Shown: piece after piece, positions 50,183 to 62,800 of the stretch
How the letters are laid out: every line of letters begins with the position of its first letter
Numbering within the stretch: the stretch's first letter is position 1
Assembly: GCA_963924565.1 (NCBI GenBank)
Contig: OZ004607.1
Coordinates: forward strand, 25,048,001 to 25,112,000
Length of the DNA: 64,000 nucleotides
Direction of reading: 5' to 3'
Origin: Ascidiella aspersa
Lineage: Eukaryota
Position numbers and translations under genes: made by a program
Notes under the pieces: model-generated
The model's database searches: none
What the model was told of the DNA's origin: nothing
What the model saw: the letters and a program-made list of their open reading frames with translations, nothing else

Positions 50183-53100
50183 TCACGATATTTTACTCTT
50201 CTTTGGGATGACGTAGGACCACGGCTTGCCATTGTCGCTATCACTGGCACTCGACCCGCGCGTTTTTTTCGCTCCTTTGCGTAAGTTTGGTTTTCCAGCA
50301 ACGCCTGGAATTGAGTGCGGCGCTTTTCTGGTAGGACTCTTCAGCGCTTCCGACGGAGACTTTTTGTCGCTTCTCGGATTTGCTGGTTGGGACGTATCGC
50401 TTGTTGACGACTGTTTTACAAAATACTTTGTTAAGTGGCGCCATAAGTATAATATATACACTGTTTCTGCCAGGCATAATGTTAGTAAACTAGAAAATCG
50501 TTTGGTATTATTTATAACAAGAAGTTTCTTAACGTTGGATGTTTTACGACATTACGTTATGACGTAAATTTGCGACGTCATTTGAGTCATGATATTAACT
50601 AAAATTGACCTTTTGAATAATTTTTGTTCTTCTTTATCCCCTATTTTGGCGGATAATTTGAACGCTCTCACGTAAAATGTATGACAAAAACAAAGTATAG
50701 ATTTTTAACTACTTGGCTTCGTTTGCTGCTAAAAGCAACCGTCATCAAACAACATGAAAAACCTAACCTCGTATAGTAGTACGTGCGCATCGAAATGCAA
50801 TGAATATACTGTATACACGCACTTGTATGTTTATGATTTACTCCTTTAACTTACCCGTTTCCCTCGCCTGTTTTTTGAAGTATTAGAGGTTGTGGAAGAA
50901 GTGCTGCTACTGGTTGGCACGTCTGCTGTTGGTGGCGGCACTTCGCTGTTGTTTACCACCTAGCGCATTCAATGTTTAATAAAAACAAAAATAACGTTTG
51001 CAGTAAACAAATAACATTGCCAAAATATTAGTTGAATCGGCATTATGATAACCTAAAAGTTTTGGTATACTGTAACCCAAAATTCTAGGGATGTTTAGTG
51101 TGTTTACCTTGTTGGATCAGGCCATAGTTAATACCGGCAATAAAACCGGCGCTTTAATACATTAAGAAAATTAGTTGCTAAAAGAGTGGCACCTTGTCAA
51201 GATGGTCTGCGGTGTTACAGTGGGATAGGGTTGACGGTTCATCGAAGAAAAAGTCGCAACATACTTCACAATAGAATCCAGCAACAGGAATTATATGTGG
51301 CAAGTCTAAAAAGCAACTAAAAAATTAGAAATAGGATACCAAGTGTGCAAAATGATCACATAGAAGATTTGGGCACAAATTACAAATGTAATTGAAATGA
51401 ATCCATCTTTTTACATACATTGGCCATTTTAGTGGCTTGCATGCCTTTTTATGAGGTCGCGTACCACATTTGGCACGCGTGCCGCATGTTGAACACCCCT
51501 GCAATATATGGTTGGAAAATATCCATCATATGTTGTTCCACCTTGACAATTTACAGTTAGCGACCATATCAGTTTTAAAATTTGTTACGTGCATGCCCAC
51601 GTCGGACTCGGGACTCGGTTAGTTTTACGTACGGTAGTCTTACTCGAGTCCAGAGTCCGACTCCGTACAGTCCCGAATCCGCCTTGATTAAAATACACAA
51701 TAGTTATCTAGCTTACCTTTTGCTTTTTTCGGAGGTTGAAAGGAAGGAGAAGGGTTTTTAGTCTCCGAAACTTTTGTTTCAAAAACAGTTTTTTCCGACG
51801 TTTTTAACACTAAAAAGTGAGATAACAATCTATAAACTTACGGGTAGTATTGAAAACAATTATTTATCTTAAAAATTTGGACTAGTTGCAAATTGATAAA
51901 TAAAATCTTCCAAGATGGAAGTCGTAACAAAAAAATATTGTATTATGAACTCCATACAATAACCACTATATTAACTAGGTTAATATAACCCAGATATATT
52001 TTTTTAATTGAAAAGAATAAGCATAAACTTGTGAAACATCTGTGTTAATTTAATAATTACCCTTTTTCTGTGGAGACAGGGACAAGAAGTTTTCCACTTC
52101 AGAAATATTTGTATCAATTTTCGCTGTTGTTAATACTTCTAAATAAAATTATCATTAAAAAAATAAGCAACCAGCCTGGAGTTTAAGGAACAGAGTTTAC
52201 CAATTACGAAAATATAAACTAGCCAGTCGAGTTCAAAAAAATGTTTTCTGCCATTACAATAAATACCAAGCAGTTTTACCTTCACCGGGTTCATCTTTGA
52301 TCGCCAAATCTTTGCTGGCTTCAGGGGAAGACTTCATAATATTTGGGGAAACATCCTCTTGCTGTATTTTAGTGGGTTTCTCCACTAGAAACATACAAAA
52401 AAACGAAATGATCGTTTTAGATTAGATTAATAACCTAACAAATTGTAAATATTAAAAATTCAAATACTTTCTGCAGTGGTGCATGGCGATGGTTTCACTT
52501 CAATAATCTGGGATTCTACAAAATTTATAGTTACTAAACAAACAAAAACTTTATTACAAAAAAATGTATTTGTAATATTTTCACCAACATACCTTCTTGA
52601 TTGTTTTCAGCTGATAATATCAAGTCTTTACTTTCATCAACTAAAGTACAAGAACTACAAGAAAAAAAAATGAATAAATAACTCCTAAATAAGATCAATA
52701 CAATTATATATTATAAAAAAGCTTGGGTTAATGACAAAAAGTTTGTCTATAACTGGTTCATAAATTTGTAAACAATTTGCAGTAACAAGTCATTTATTAT
52801 TTATAAACAGGTATTTTACTTCTTGTCTTGACGACCCTTCTTAGCCCTCTCCTTGTGTTCAGGGGACTTCACATGATTGATCAACTGTTTGGGGCGATTA
52901 AACCACATATCACAATCTGTGCAGCGTGGACGGAACCATTTTTTGTTTGCCTACAGATATTTAGATTTTTAAGGAATAAATTTATGGTATAATATTTTTG
53001 AATTTTAGGCTGCACATAAATAAAAATTGTAAGGGTATACCTTGTGAGATTCCGATCGTAAATGCTCTATTTTTTCTTCAGAAGTCTTTAAATTACATAC

Positions 53101-56100
53101 TCCACAAAACCAATTGTTGTCCTGTTTTTTTGATCTAAAAATAAGTAGATAAGAAAATCATATTAAAAACATTTAATCTTAACAAGCCTTTTAAAAGGTA
53201 ATAATTTTTATATTTTTGTGATATATACCTGTTTTCTGGTGGTATCTCTTTGTTTGAGTTGTCATTAGGGGAAACCTTTTTTTCAAAGTGCTGTTATAAA
53301 ATAGTAGTTTTACAATTACTATAATTGAAATTACACATCTTTAAAAGGTAGCCCATTTCCTTACCGTGGTAATAAGTAAATGCCGTGAATCTTCACTTAC
53401 ATCTGTTTTTACCTGGCGCAAGGACGTAGGTGTTTCATCACATTTTTTCGTGGAAATACTGTCTAGCTTAACATCAACAATGGACACATCACTTAAAACA
53501 CTGTTTACATTTTCAGTGGGTTTTTCATTGCTGTCACCATTGGACAAGCCTGTCTCTGCACACACTTCTAAAGAAGGAAGCTTTTCTTCACTTTTAATAC
53601 TGCTTTCAACAGATGGCGATGGAAGTGTAATTTCCACGTCTTTAACATTGGCATTTGCACCTTCCCTACCAACACAGAATATGTTTGAAGGTACAGTTTG
53701 AAATCATTGAAAGTTTACTTAAATGTCAAATAATCATTTATGTCATTCCAACTCTAAACAAAATAAAAAATGCTATTTTTTTAATTCTACACAATAAATA
53801 GAAAAGTAATTGTTTTAAAAATAATATACATTTGACGTTTTTATGTCAGTCTAAAATATATGTTCACAGCAATCTAATATTTAATCAGGAAAATCCAGAC
53901 ACCCAGTACTGTTATAATTTTATACAAATTTATGGATTATTGGGGTCTTATTTAATACCCATTATAGTTTTACTAGCATAACTTTAAAATTATTTTTTCA
54001 TAGATATATTTTCTCTTTACTACAAACAAGGATTTTTTGAAAGCTTTTAAACTCTTAGATGCATTTGTGGTTAAGCAATAGGCTTCTATTCACATGATAG
54101 GGATTTAGATAAAAACATTCTTCTTAATATAATACATAATAATAATATATATATATATATATTATATACTAATTTGTTCTTCAATCAAATTTTATATGCT
54201 TTGTTAAAAAACGTGTTACCAGTGCGTTGAATGATAATAACCACATTTTTGTTAAAATCGTGATCAATTTTTATAGCAATGCAGAAGGATTATTGGAGTC
54301 TTATTTAAATAGGTAGTTAATAACTACAGGAAGGTGAGGCTACTATATCTTATTAAAACAATACAATTGATTTTGCGTTAAACCACTTCTAACCTCTCAT
54401 TTGTTTGGCTAAGATTATCTGCAACAGGTGATGGAGGTACATCTGAAATGTCCATGTCTTTGGAATTAGAATCCTCACTTTTACTGTAAATGGCAAAAAT
54501 TGCAATATATAACATGGTAATCATATATATAGCTATTTGATCAAATATTTTTAGTGAAAATTGGTTGTTTAAATTGAAAGATGGCATTACTTTTACAATA
54601 GCTATGTAAGCAATAAACTAAGAAGGCAGTATTTAAGTTATACAACATGATACTACTTTGCAACCTAGCTTTTATTTTGGTTATATTCCAACCTGTGTTT
54701 TTCTTTTCCTTGGGCTAATTTCAATGTTCTTTTGTGGAGCAAGTATTGTGCCAAAAGGGACAAATCTGCAATTTCCTCATTTGCGCTATGGGGATCTTGA
54801 TCCAATTTACTGGAATGATTTAGTTTACCATTGTATGCATCAGCATCACTTGGGGTGACAACATCCTCTTCACTAACTTCCTTGACCATTGGTTTCTTAT
54901 TGTCTTGGATCGCTTTAAGCTTGTCCATATGCTGTTTGTAAGCCAAATCTTCATGAATTGAATGGTCTGCTATATTTTGCTGGACAGGTTTTCCCAGTCG
55001 CCTGAACACATCACTTTGTCGTTTCTCAACCCGTTCTGGCCTTGTGGTGATTTTCAAATTGCGTCGTACTATGGTTGTCAATCAACAAAAAAAACAGTGT
55101 TAGCCTACACCAGGGGTTCTTAACCTTTTTTGTATGTTTTACCCACTGAATAAAAATTAATATCAAATTTACCCCCAATGTATAAAGTGGTGCTCATTTA
55201 TTAAAAAACGAAAGTAACAAATTACATCAGTTATAGGCTGCCCTTGCTTTTTTGCACTGAGTTGTTCAATGTCTGTTAAATTAGTAGATAACGCACTTGT
55301 AACGAATAACAGATTTATCATGTCAAGTCGGTTTTGTGCTTTAGATTTTATAGTAAGCAATGCAGAGAAGCCACTTTGCATAGGTTAGTTGAAGAAAAGC
55401 GAACCGGAATATTCAGAGCTTGAATACATATCCTTGGATTTTACCCCTAAAACAAGGAAATTTACCCTCTAGGGTCAATTTACCCCAGGTTAAGAAAGGC
55501 TGGCCTACACCAAAATCCTGAAATCATTTAACAAGATTTAGACCTACCTGGTTCAAACTTCTCTGGTCGACCTCTTACATGTTGAGGTTGGGAAAATCTT
55601 GGCCTTGGTGGATATGTACCACCATGTGGTTGAAACCTTGGCCCTGGGTGCTAAAAATACAAATTTTGGGAGTTTACTGCGTGTTTAAATACATTCCAGG
55701 CTCCACTGTGCCAACTTTTTGTTATATTTTAGTGGAAAATATGTTTGTCACTATTGAAAGTATATTAAATTTTCCTAAGCAAATATCTATGCATTTCTAG
55801 TCTTTTAAACAGTTACGTAAAAATACTTTTATAAGTACTCTAAAAAGAAATATCATAACACACTTACCTGTTTGCGATGCACTGGACCAAACTTGTGAGA
55901 AGGATGGCTTATTAACTGATTTGTTCTTGCATCCAACAAACCATGTGGGTGAGGTCTACGAACAGGTGGAGGCCGATGGAAAAATTGTTCTGAAAATAAA
56001 ATAATCTTGAAATAGAGCTTCCTTACTGGGTCACACTGCTATAGTGATCAAGCCAATTTTAGGAGGCATAAGTAGGCTCACATTAATTTTACAGACAGAG

Positions 56101-56342
56101 TTATATTACAAAACAATGACGTTTAATATGTCAACACAAATGCAAAACAGAAGTCTAAGGAGGTGCAAGTTTTAGGTACAATTTGAAGGCAGATCATAAT
56201 AAATGTTTATATATTATATAACTCTAAAATTTGGCAAATTTTATTAAATTAAAAGACTAAGCAAACTTTTATTTTATATACATTTAGTTATTTTAAGAAA
56301 TAAATATAACGATGCATACTTACTTCTGTAACTATCATCCAT
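50183..56342 (-). CDS. CIZ1: CIZ1-like nuclear-matrix protein (tandem U1/matrin-type C2H2 fingers plus C-terminal matrin finger), about 699 aa
   Basis: Exons (minus): 56342-56324, 55989-55868, 55650-55548, 55068-54693, 54483-54394, 53665-53365 (or 53413), 53290-53229, 53134-53041, 52950-52836 (or 52833), 52640-52593, 52515-52468, 52384-52280, 52138-52061, 51809-51717, 51305-51193, 50959-50855, 50410-50183; 2100 nt. WFCGVCN..HLRSESHKANKKWFRPRCTDCDMWFNRPKQLINHVKSPEHKERAK aligns with the CIZ1 finger pair (RP.C..C...F..P.....HVKS..HK..AK). IIPVAGFYCEVCCDFF...SHCNTADH is a matrin (MH3) finger. Confidence 0.8.
51430..51501. mobile_element. hAT (Charlie-like) MITE end
   Basis: TTTGGCACGCGTGCCGCATGTTGAACACCCCTG terminus, abutting the next MITE. 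Confidence 0.55.
51502..51681 (-). mobile_element. hAT-type MITE, CAGGGCTGCGGAGTCGG family, partial, in a CIZ1-like intron
   Basis: Homologous to 45069-45225 (CACGTCGGACTCGGGACTC...CTTACTCGAGTCC). Confidence 0.8.
55111..55502. mobile_element. hAT-type MITE with perfect 8-bp TSD
   Basis: TIRs CAGGGGTTCTTAACC / GGTTAAGAAAGGCTG. TSD GCCTACAC at 55103-55110 and 55503-55510. It makes up most of the intron 55547-55069. Confidence 0.9.
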
Positions 56343-56578
56343 GGGGAAACCTTTAATTGTTCATTTGTGCAAAATTTTACTGTTTGCTTAGTGTCCTAAA
56401 ATCTGGCAAAAAGTCAACAATTCAAATTAAGTTTGTTATGATTTTTAATAGAAGATGTTTTTTTAGTAAGCAAAAAACATAATATATACATATATACCTA
56501 TATACAGTTACCGAACCTTGCATAGTTTTTAATATTAGTTCTACACTACAACCTAGCAGTTTGTTGTGTGCACACTAG

Positions 56579-56776
56579 AATTATTGGCGCTGGTCTAGAA
56601 TCCCATCACATTTATTTTAACACTTATGGCACTAGTTGTCAAAGTTGAAATTGGAAGAAAGGCATAAATAGGTAACTTGACCAACCCAAACCCAAACGCT
56701 TACTCTCACCAAATATTGTTAGCAATATAAACCGCCAGACAAAAATGTGGTAGGATTCTAGACCAGTGCCGAATTA
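56579..56776. mobile_element. Short MITE with about 35-bp TIRs and a CCAACCCAAACCC core
   Basis: GGCGCTGGTCTAGAATCCCATCACATTT / AAATGTGGTAGGATTCTAGACCAGTGCC inverted arms. Confidence 0.8.
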
Positions 56777-57541
56777 TTACCTTGCACACCTAAATTCCAG
56801 TTCTAACAAGGTTGAGTTGTGCTAGATTCTCTAACTGCATAAAACCTCTCTCTAACTGCATTAATTGCACACCTTAGATCTCCACAGTAAGTGTAATGAA
56901 ATGCAGAAACAGAGGTGCACACACAATTTGAGAACCACTGTTTTAATCCATTTTACAAAGGTACAAAGTCAAACGTACAGTAAAGTTTGGTAAGCTATGT
57001 ACATCACATGTAAATATGGCATGGGCAGTATGGCAAATCTCGTTCACGGGTACAAGGCCAAAAAATAAGGGTCACCAAATGTCAAAAGTATACCCTGCTT
57101 GTGTAATTTGCCAGACTTTCCACAGTGGCTGATGCTGCATGATCTTATGTGGGTCATGGAAAGAGCTTGATTTTTGTGCAGTTGTTCAAGCACAGTATTT
57201 TCATGTCACCCGAACTTAAACATTGATACAAACGAGGTCAATTTTTTTTTTAGTTTGCTTGATTAATCGGTGTTCTGTTGTTCACGCTGTGCCACAAAAG
57301 AACAATGTCCTAAATCTTATATACGTTTTACTATTTATACCGCAGCAAATTTGTTTGCCTTTGCAAATATCACGCTATAAATTACTGAAAAAATGCTAAT
57401 AAGGGAACATGGCGTTAACGACTATATTTCCCCAAATCATAGAATACGAACTTACAAATGTTTTCTATGCGCCACTGCAGTACAAATACTTTCCGCCAGG
57501 GGCGCCTGATTTTTTTATTGCGAACCTTACTTATTGTCGAC

Positions 57542-57610
57542 CAGTGTTGTAATGGCTTAAGTCAAGGCACTTAAGTCACTGATTTAAAATGACTTGACTT
57601 GACATAAGTC
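57542..57610. mobile_element. Truncated GACTTGACTTAAGTC-family MITE
   Basis: CAGTGTTGTAATGGCTTAAGTC... left end only. Confidence 0.75.
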
Positions 57611-58191
57611 GTTATGATAACTCATCGTTGGCCCTTAGCCACACTGTCGGATAGTTATTGTTCCTAAAATAGCTTGAAAGGAAAGCTTGGTGCTTAAAAT
57701 TTAACTCTTTAAAATCATAAAGAAATTTAGGGTAATATTCAGTGGTGGGATCCAATCTAGCTAAACCGAATTGCTCACACGGATTTTTGTTTGGAGGGAC
57801 ATGAACATTTTCAGAAACGACGTCACAGATTCCCATCAGAACGTTATGTCATAAAACAATTTGTCTTAAAATACCTGCTTTTCCCTAGCAAACTATTGCG
57901 CAAATATGCATCTGAAATACAATTGGCAAAACTTTGAATTAACGCTTTTATAGGTCGATATAAGTAGGGTTACCATCGTTTTTTTTACGTTTTTACTGGA
58001 CGCTTTCTAACAGTCACACGATCCAGCATGTAACTTTAAGAGGCCTTTTGTTACAAGTCAAATTCTCGGGAGAATGTGTAATTTGAAATAGGACTAAATG
58101 TATTTTGATTGTTTACGAAGAATAAAAAGTCAAATAATTCGCGAAAATTTGTTTTTAATGATTTTTATTTTGACAGATTGTTCGTTCGAAT

Positions 58192-58596
58192 CAGTGGCGT
58201 AGCCAGCCGAAAATTTTTGGGGGGGGCCAAAAAGTTGGAATGTTTTGTTTAGCTCTTAGCATTGTATCAACTGCCGTAACAAACACAAGTAACAATGCTA
58301 GCAAACCGTTTCGAGCAGCAACTGACTGAGTGTTAACGCAATACTCAAAAAAATAGTCAATGAGTAAAAACTCTCTGAAAGTAGTAAAAGTACATTAATG
58401 TACAGTAAATGTTATATTAACTACATCGTTTGTGACGTAACAATTCATGACAATTGAAGGTGTGGCATGCCTGTGATCAAATGTTGTGGTACTGCTCATT
58501 CATAAATACTACAAAACAAATTATCAAGGGTAAAATATTTATAAATTTTTTTGGGGGGGGCCATGGTCCCTCAGGCCCCCCCTGGCTACGCTTTTG
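58192..58596. mobile_element. hAT-type MITE (CAGTGGCGTAGCC family)
   Basis: TIRs CAGTGGCGTAGCCAG / CTGGCTACGCTTTTG, G-tract/GGCC subterminal motifs, TSD GTTCGAAT/GTACGAAT (7/8). Confidence 0.85.
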
Positions 58597-58847
58597 GTAC
58601 GAATATGGTTCGCAAACGGCTAAAAATGACTTTTCCTCATTTATGTTGACTAAATTTACACTACAAACAAGAATAGCCCTTCCTACTAGCCGGACTACTG
58701 TACATTAATTACTGTCACTAAACAGTTTTTTATACAGGTGACAAGTTTGCTTGTTTTTAAGACAGTTTTTAAAATATCCGCGAGGTGACCTCAGAGTACC
58801 TATCACTGTGTAATTTTCTAGCAGATTATATTAAAAGGTGTGTCATT

Positions 58848-59057
58848 GGCACTGCCACGCATGACAGGTGATTTATCACAGTATTTTAAAGTTGTATTAG
58901 AAATAAACCGTCTTATTTGACATTCAGGTAACTTCTTTAAATTTCGATTGCTTTTTATGGATGTCAACAGATAAAATAAAAACATTCTATATATATTTAC
59001 GGCATGTCCGCTACAGACGGTAGGGATACGAAAATATCGTATCATTGTGGCAGTGCC
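58848..59057. mobile_element. Possible small MITE (GGCACTGCCAC TIRs, Harbinger-like)
   Basis: Perfect 11-bp inverted repeats at 58848-58858 and 59047-59057. No clear TSD. Confidence 0.45.
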
Positions 59058-59289
59058 CGAGTATGCCAGATTTGATTCCTAGCCACTCCTTTAGCTTGAG
59101 TTCTCATTTGATTACGGATATGTGAGGGATTAATTGTTGGGAGTGTCGATATTGGTATGGCATGCATGTTTCTGCATTCTATTAGCTCCGTTTGTTTGCT
59201 AACATTGCAAAACACGCCTGGCCGGAGGCCAATCTGTCAAAACCAGTGTCCAGTGTGCACGATTTAAAGCGAATTGATAAAACTTACAC

Positions 59290-59848
59290 CATCGGCAATT
59301 GTTAAAAACATTACCCTGTTTATTGTCGTTTATTGATATTTGTTATTTCAAGAGCAGTGCGTGGCATGAATGAACATTTCTATTGTTGTTGATGGTTTTA
59401 TAGACCACCAGGCCGACATTACGAACAAAAGTTCGCTAGTTAAAGACATAAGTTATTTAGTAGTATATTGTTGTTCCTTTTGAGGTTGTTAGCTAAGCCG
59501 AGTTTTAATATGTCCGGTCCTTTATGTTTTGTTGACGAACGGCTTTGCCGGGCGACCTGGCGCCTTGGGAGAGCCTAAGTTTTGGCCACTAAGTGCCTTT
59601 TTTCTTTCCGCGCACATACTAAAGATTTTACAAGCAACAACACTGCCGGCGGGTTGAGCTGTCCAACAATCAGACCAAAACAGACTGTGTTGTCAACATG
59701 AGCTTATCGAGTACCGGTACAGACTTTAACTTTTTAAACTTTCGTTGCAAAAGTTATGATTGGAATCTCTAATTCAGTGGGTATTTTCACTACGAGGTAG
59801 TGCCTATTCGTTACGAGGATTCTTGCAATTTTCAAAGGCACACCAGTT
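59290..59848. promoter_or_regulatory. Candidate shared divergent promoter region
   Basis: CpG-richer stretch between a minus-strand GTAAGT donor (59287) that could end a CIZ1-like 5'UTR exon and the plus-strand ATG at 59849. Confidence 0.35.
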
Positions 59849-62800
59849 ATGTTCCTTGAAGTGGTCTTATCAATATTTCTTGTGATTATCTTAAAAGCTG
59901 TATACGCTGTGAAATGGATGTCTGGCAAGAAACAAACCTACAGCAAACCAGGTTAGTAAATTGTTATTGTTGTTCTTCGTTTCTGGTATCGCTAAACGCT
60001 TAATTCAAAATTTAAAACAAGGCCGGTGTTTTCTGTTGTTAAATCATTAGGTAGCAAGTGAAGTGCAACTTATAGTAAAATACCAGATAGATTACTATAA
60101 ATGTTTGCACGAAGCATTTGTTTACCTGCATAGTCTTGTCTTAAGCTGTGATTTAGCGGTTTCTGATCTTATTTTTGTTAAACCGAGAACTGCCATCCGC
60201 TTTTTGAGGTGTTGTGTTTGGGGCAATATATCGATTCGAATTCTCACGCAACTTGTTTAGAATGCGTTGCAGTATTATTTTTCTTATTGCCTGACGTAGA
60301 AAATTTTCTTTTAAATTCTATAAAAACTATTTTTTAGATAAGTTGTTTATTTTTACGAACTTCACAGGCCAAAGTAGTTGATTCAAACATAGTTATTAGA
60401 TTGTGAAGTAAATAAAATACTTATTTTTATAATGAAATGCAAATGGCCTTGCTGGCAGGTTGTCAAAATTTGCTGATAGCATTTAATTAACGAGTGGCCA
60501 TTAACTAGTGTTCTCACGCAATATTCAAATATGTGTAGAGGTATCGATTTCCTAAAACGATCTGATGATTAATTGCCGTTTGTTGACAGGCCACCTATTT
60601 GCGATTAAGAAATGCATCGCTTACGTGTTTTTTCGTGCCGTGCAATCGTGGAGAAGGCGAAATAGGGAACAAACCCACTTCCGTGGCGATTCCTACTGGC
60701 AATCGATGGACCGTGACCAGCCGTTGTTACAGCATGCATACGTGAGTAACGTTTAGCGATGACAAAGAATAAATTGACTTATTTTGCAAATAAGTATAAT
60801 TCATGCATGCCATATGCAAAGCATAACTTATCACGGTCGACCCTCACACCCCCTACCCCCTCTGACCGACGACTGATTTTCTGGCCACCTTCTTATCCGG
60901 TGTAAGTATTCTAAACCTGATTTAGGAACTCGTAAATTGTTTTCAGTTCGCGGAGAATGATCTACGAATCTGTTCAAACGTTTAGGAAAATATTTTTGCT
61001 TTCACAAACTATTTCTACCGCATCAAACTGCAAACTTTACTAAGATGTTCCACTGAATGTTAGCTTTCTTAATCACCGACATTTAGTGCGAGCAATTGAT
61101 GTACAAGAAGGGCCGTGTTTATACCCAAGCATCCGAAATTGTTTGCCTATCCCATGTTATGTCCGACGTCTGCGTGTAGTAGGCTACCAGATTTTAGTCT
61201 ATAAAATAGACCTCGACCGAGATATGGTCCGCTTTGATACATCCAGGTGTGTTATAGAGCGCACCCATGCGTTAAAAGTACGCCAGTTGCCGTGGATTGA
61301 ATCATTCTGTCCTGGCGACTGTTTTGCGCAAACGCTGCCCGAAAATAACCGTTGTTTAAATGTATTATGGAGAAGCATCCTGTTTGCCTTACACGTGCTG
61401 TTATTTAACTCCGTCAGTAATCCTCCTCAGGAGACAAAGTGTTTTGAATCATCGAAATCAAGAACACCGTGGTTTTTAGGTCGGTTATTGTTGCTGTATT
61501 ATTCCAAATCGAAAAAAATATTCGCGTTTGTCCTCACAGTATACAATTAGTTTTGCGATTAAACACCGTAATATCCCGTTAGAAATATATATTTTTTTAA
61601 TTTATGGGTGTAAGCTTTGTTTTATGAATAGGCATTTATTAATGTGTTGACATTCAAAATAAGTATACAGTTGAGCGGTAAATTTTAGCTTGTGCAATGT
61701 ACCAAAAATGCCGTTTATCCGACCAAAATGTTCGTTTTTGGCCACATTTCCGACCCGCGATGTTAACCGAATGGCTTGCAAGATAAAACCACACCAAATT
61801 GTTTTGCAGGCTGCTGACTGCGTACAGTTCACGGCGATGGCAGAAAGCGGTAAAGACGTGAGCGAAGACACGCTGGTTATGCTCAAGCTAACGATGAGGC
61901 CCGATAACGTTGCCGAACTGTGCCTTTACCTCCAAGTGCCCGGCCATGGGTTTCTTCAGGTGTGGAAATGCTGATGGCTCACTGCCAAGGCTGTATTTTT
62001 AAAATATCTTTAAGTTGGGGCTCAACAATAATTGTTTAGGTTTAAATTGTTCAACCGCCATGTAAATCGCAACTTTTTAGGGGCACGTATTTTCTCTAGG
62101 GGAGCGCCGTTCCGCAAATTTGGCACATTTTAAGCATAGCGACAAAATAGGACGAAACCAATAAGGAAATTATTCTAGGTTTAACCTGTGATTAATTATG
62201 ATACAATCTGTTGAGATTTTACTTTTATGAGGTTTCTTTCGCCAGTCGTATATTGATCTAAAAACTTCTGGGCCTAAATATTTGTAAAGTTCCAATTCTC
62301 CCTTCGATTGTTATGCATAGATAATGATCGTTACGCCGAGGTCGTGATCGGTTACTGGCGTCAGGTTTAATTCGGCCTAACTGTTAAATACTTATGTATT
62401 ATCTGCCATAAATATAAAATGTTGATGTCGTCAAACCAAACATAGTCAGTTGACATGAGCGTAAATATATTACATTTTTTCATATGGCGTTTTTCCGCCA
62501 ACAGTTGCTAAGAATTAGGGAAAAAGTATAGGCTGTGGTATGAACCAGTTTTTCCCAAACTTTTTTTGTCGCGATCCTCTTTTTATTTTTTTACATCTTT
62601 GCGCCCCTCGATCGATTGACCAGACTACAAATATTTATAATTCGGCAAAATGTTTACATTTCTAGACAGTTTGTTTTAAGTTTGGCGAGAACGTGCGGAT
62701 TTTGCCAAAACATGCACGAGTAACTAAATTATTAAGGTTTATTTGCGTCATATAACTTTTTGGTTCCTATAAGAAGAAAGAAGAAAATGTTTTGTGCACT

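Noticed and set aside
49932-50186. 84-aa ORF overlapping the CIZ1-like stop codon
   Set aside because: GTG start, different frame and no readthrough context; most likely 3'UTR.
57612-57836. 74-aa minus ORF (..NYPTVWLRANDELS)
   Set aside because: It looks protein-like, but I recognise no family, found no convincing splice partners, and it ends against a truncated MITE.
57808-57858. C/D snoRNA-like boxes on minus (two CTGA)
   Set aside because: The C box is not RTGATGA and the unit is too short.
61086-61550. 154-aa plus ORF
   Set aside because: Intronic, GTG start, no domain; the flanking exons join in frame without it.
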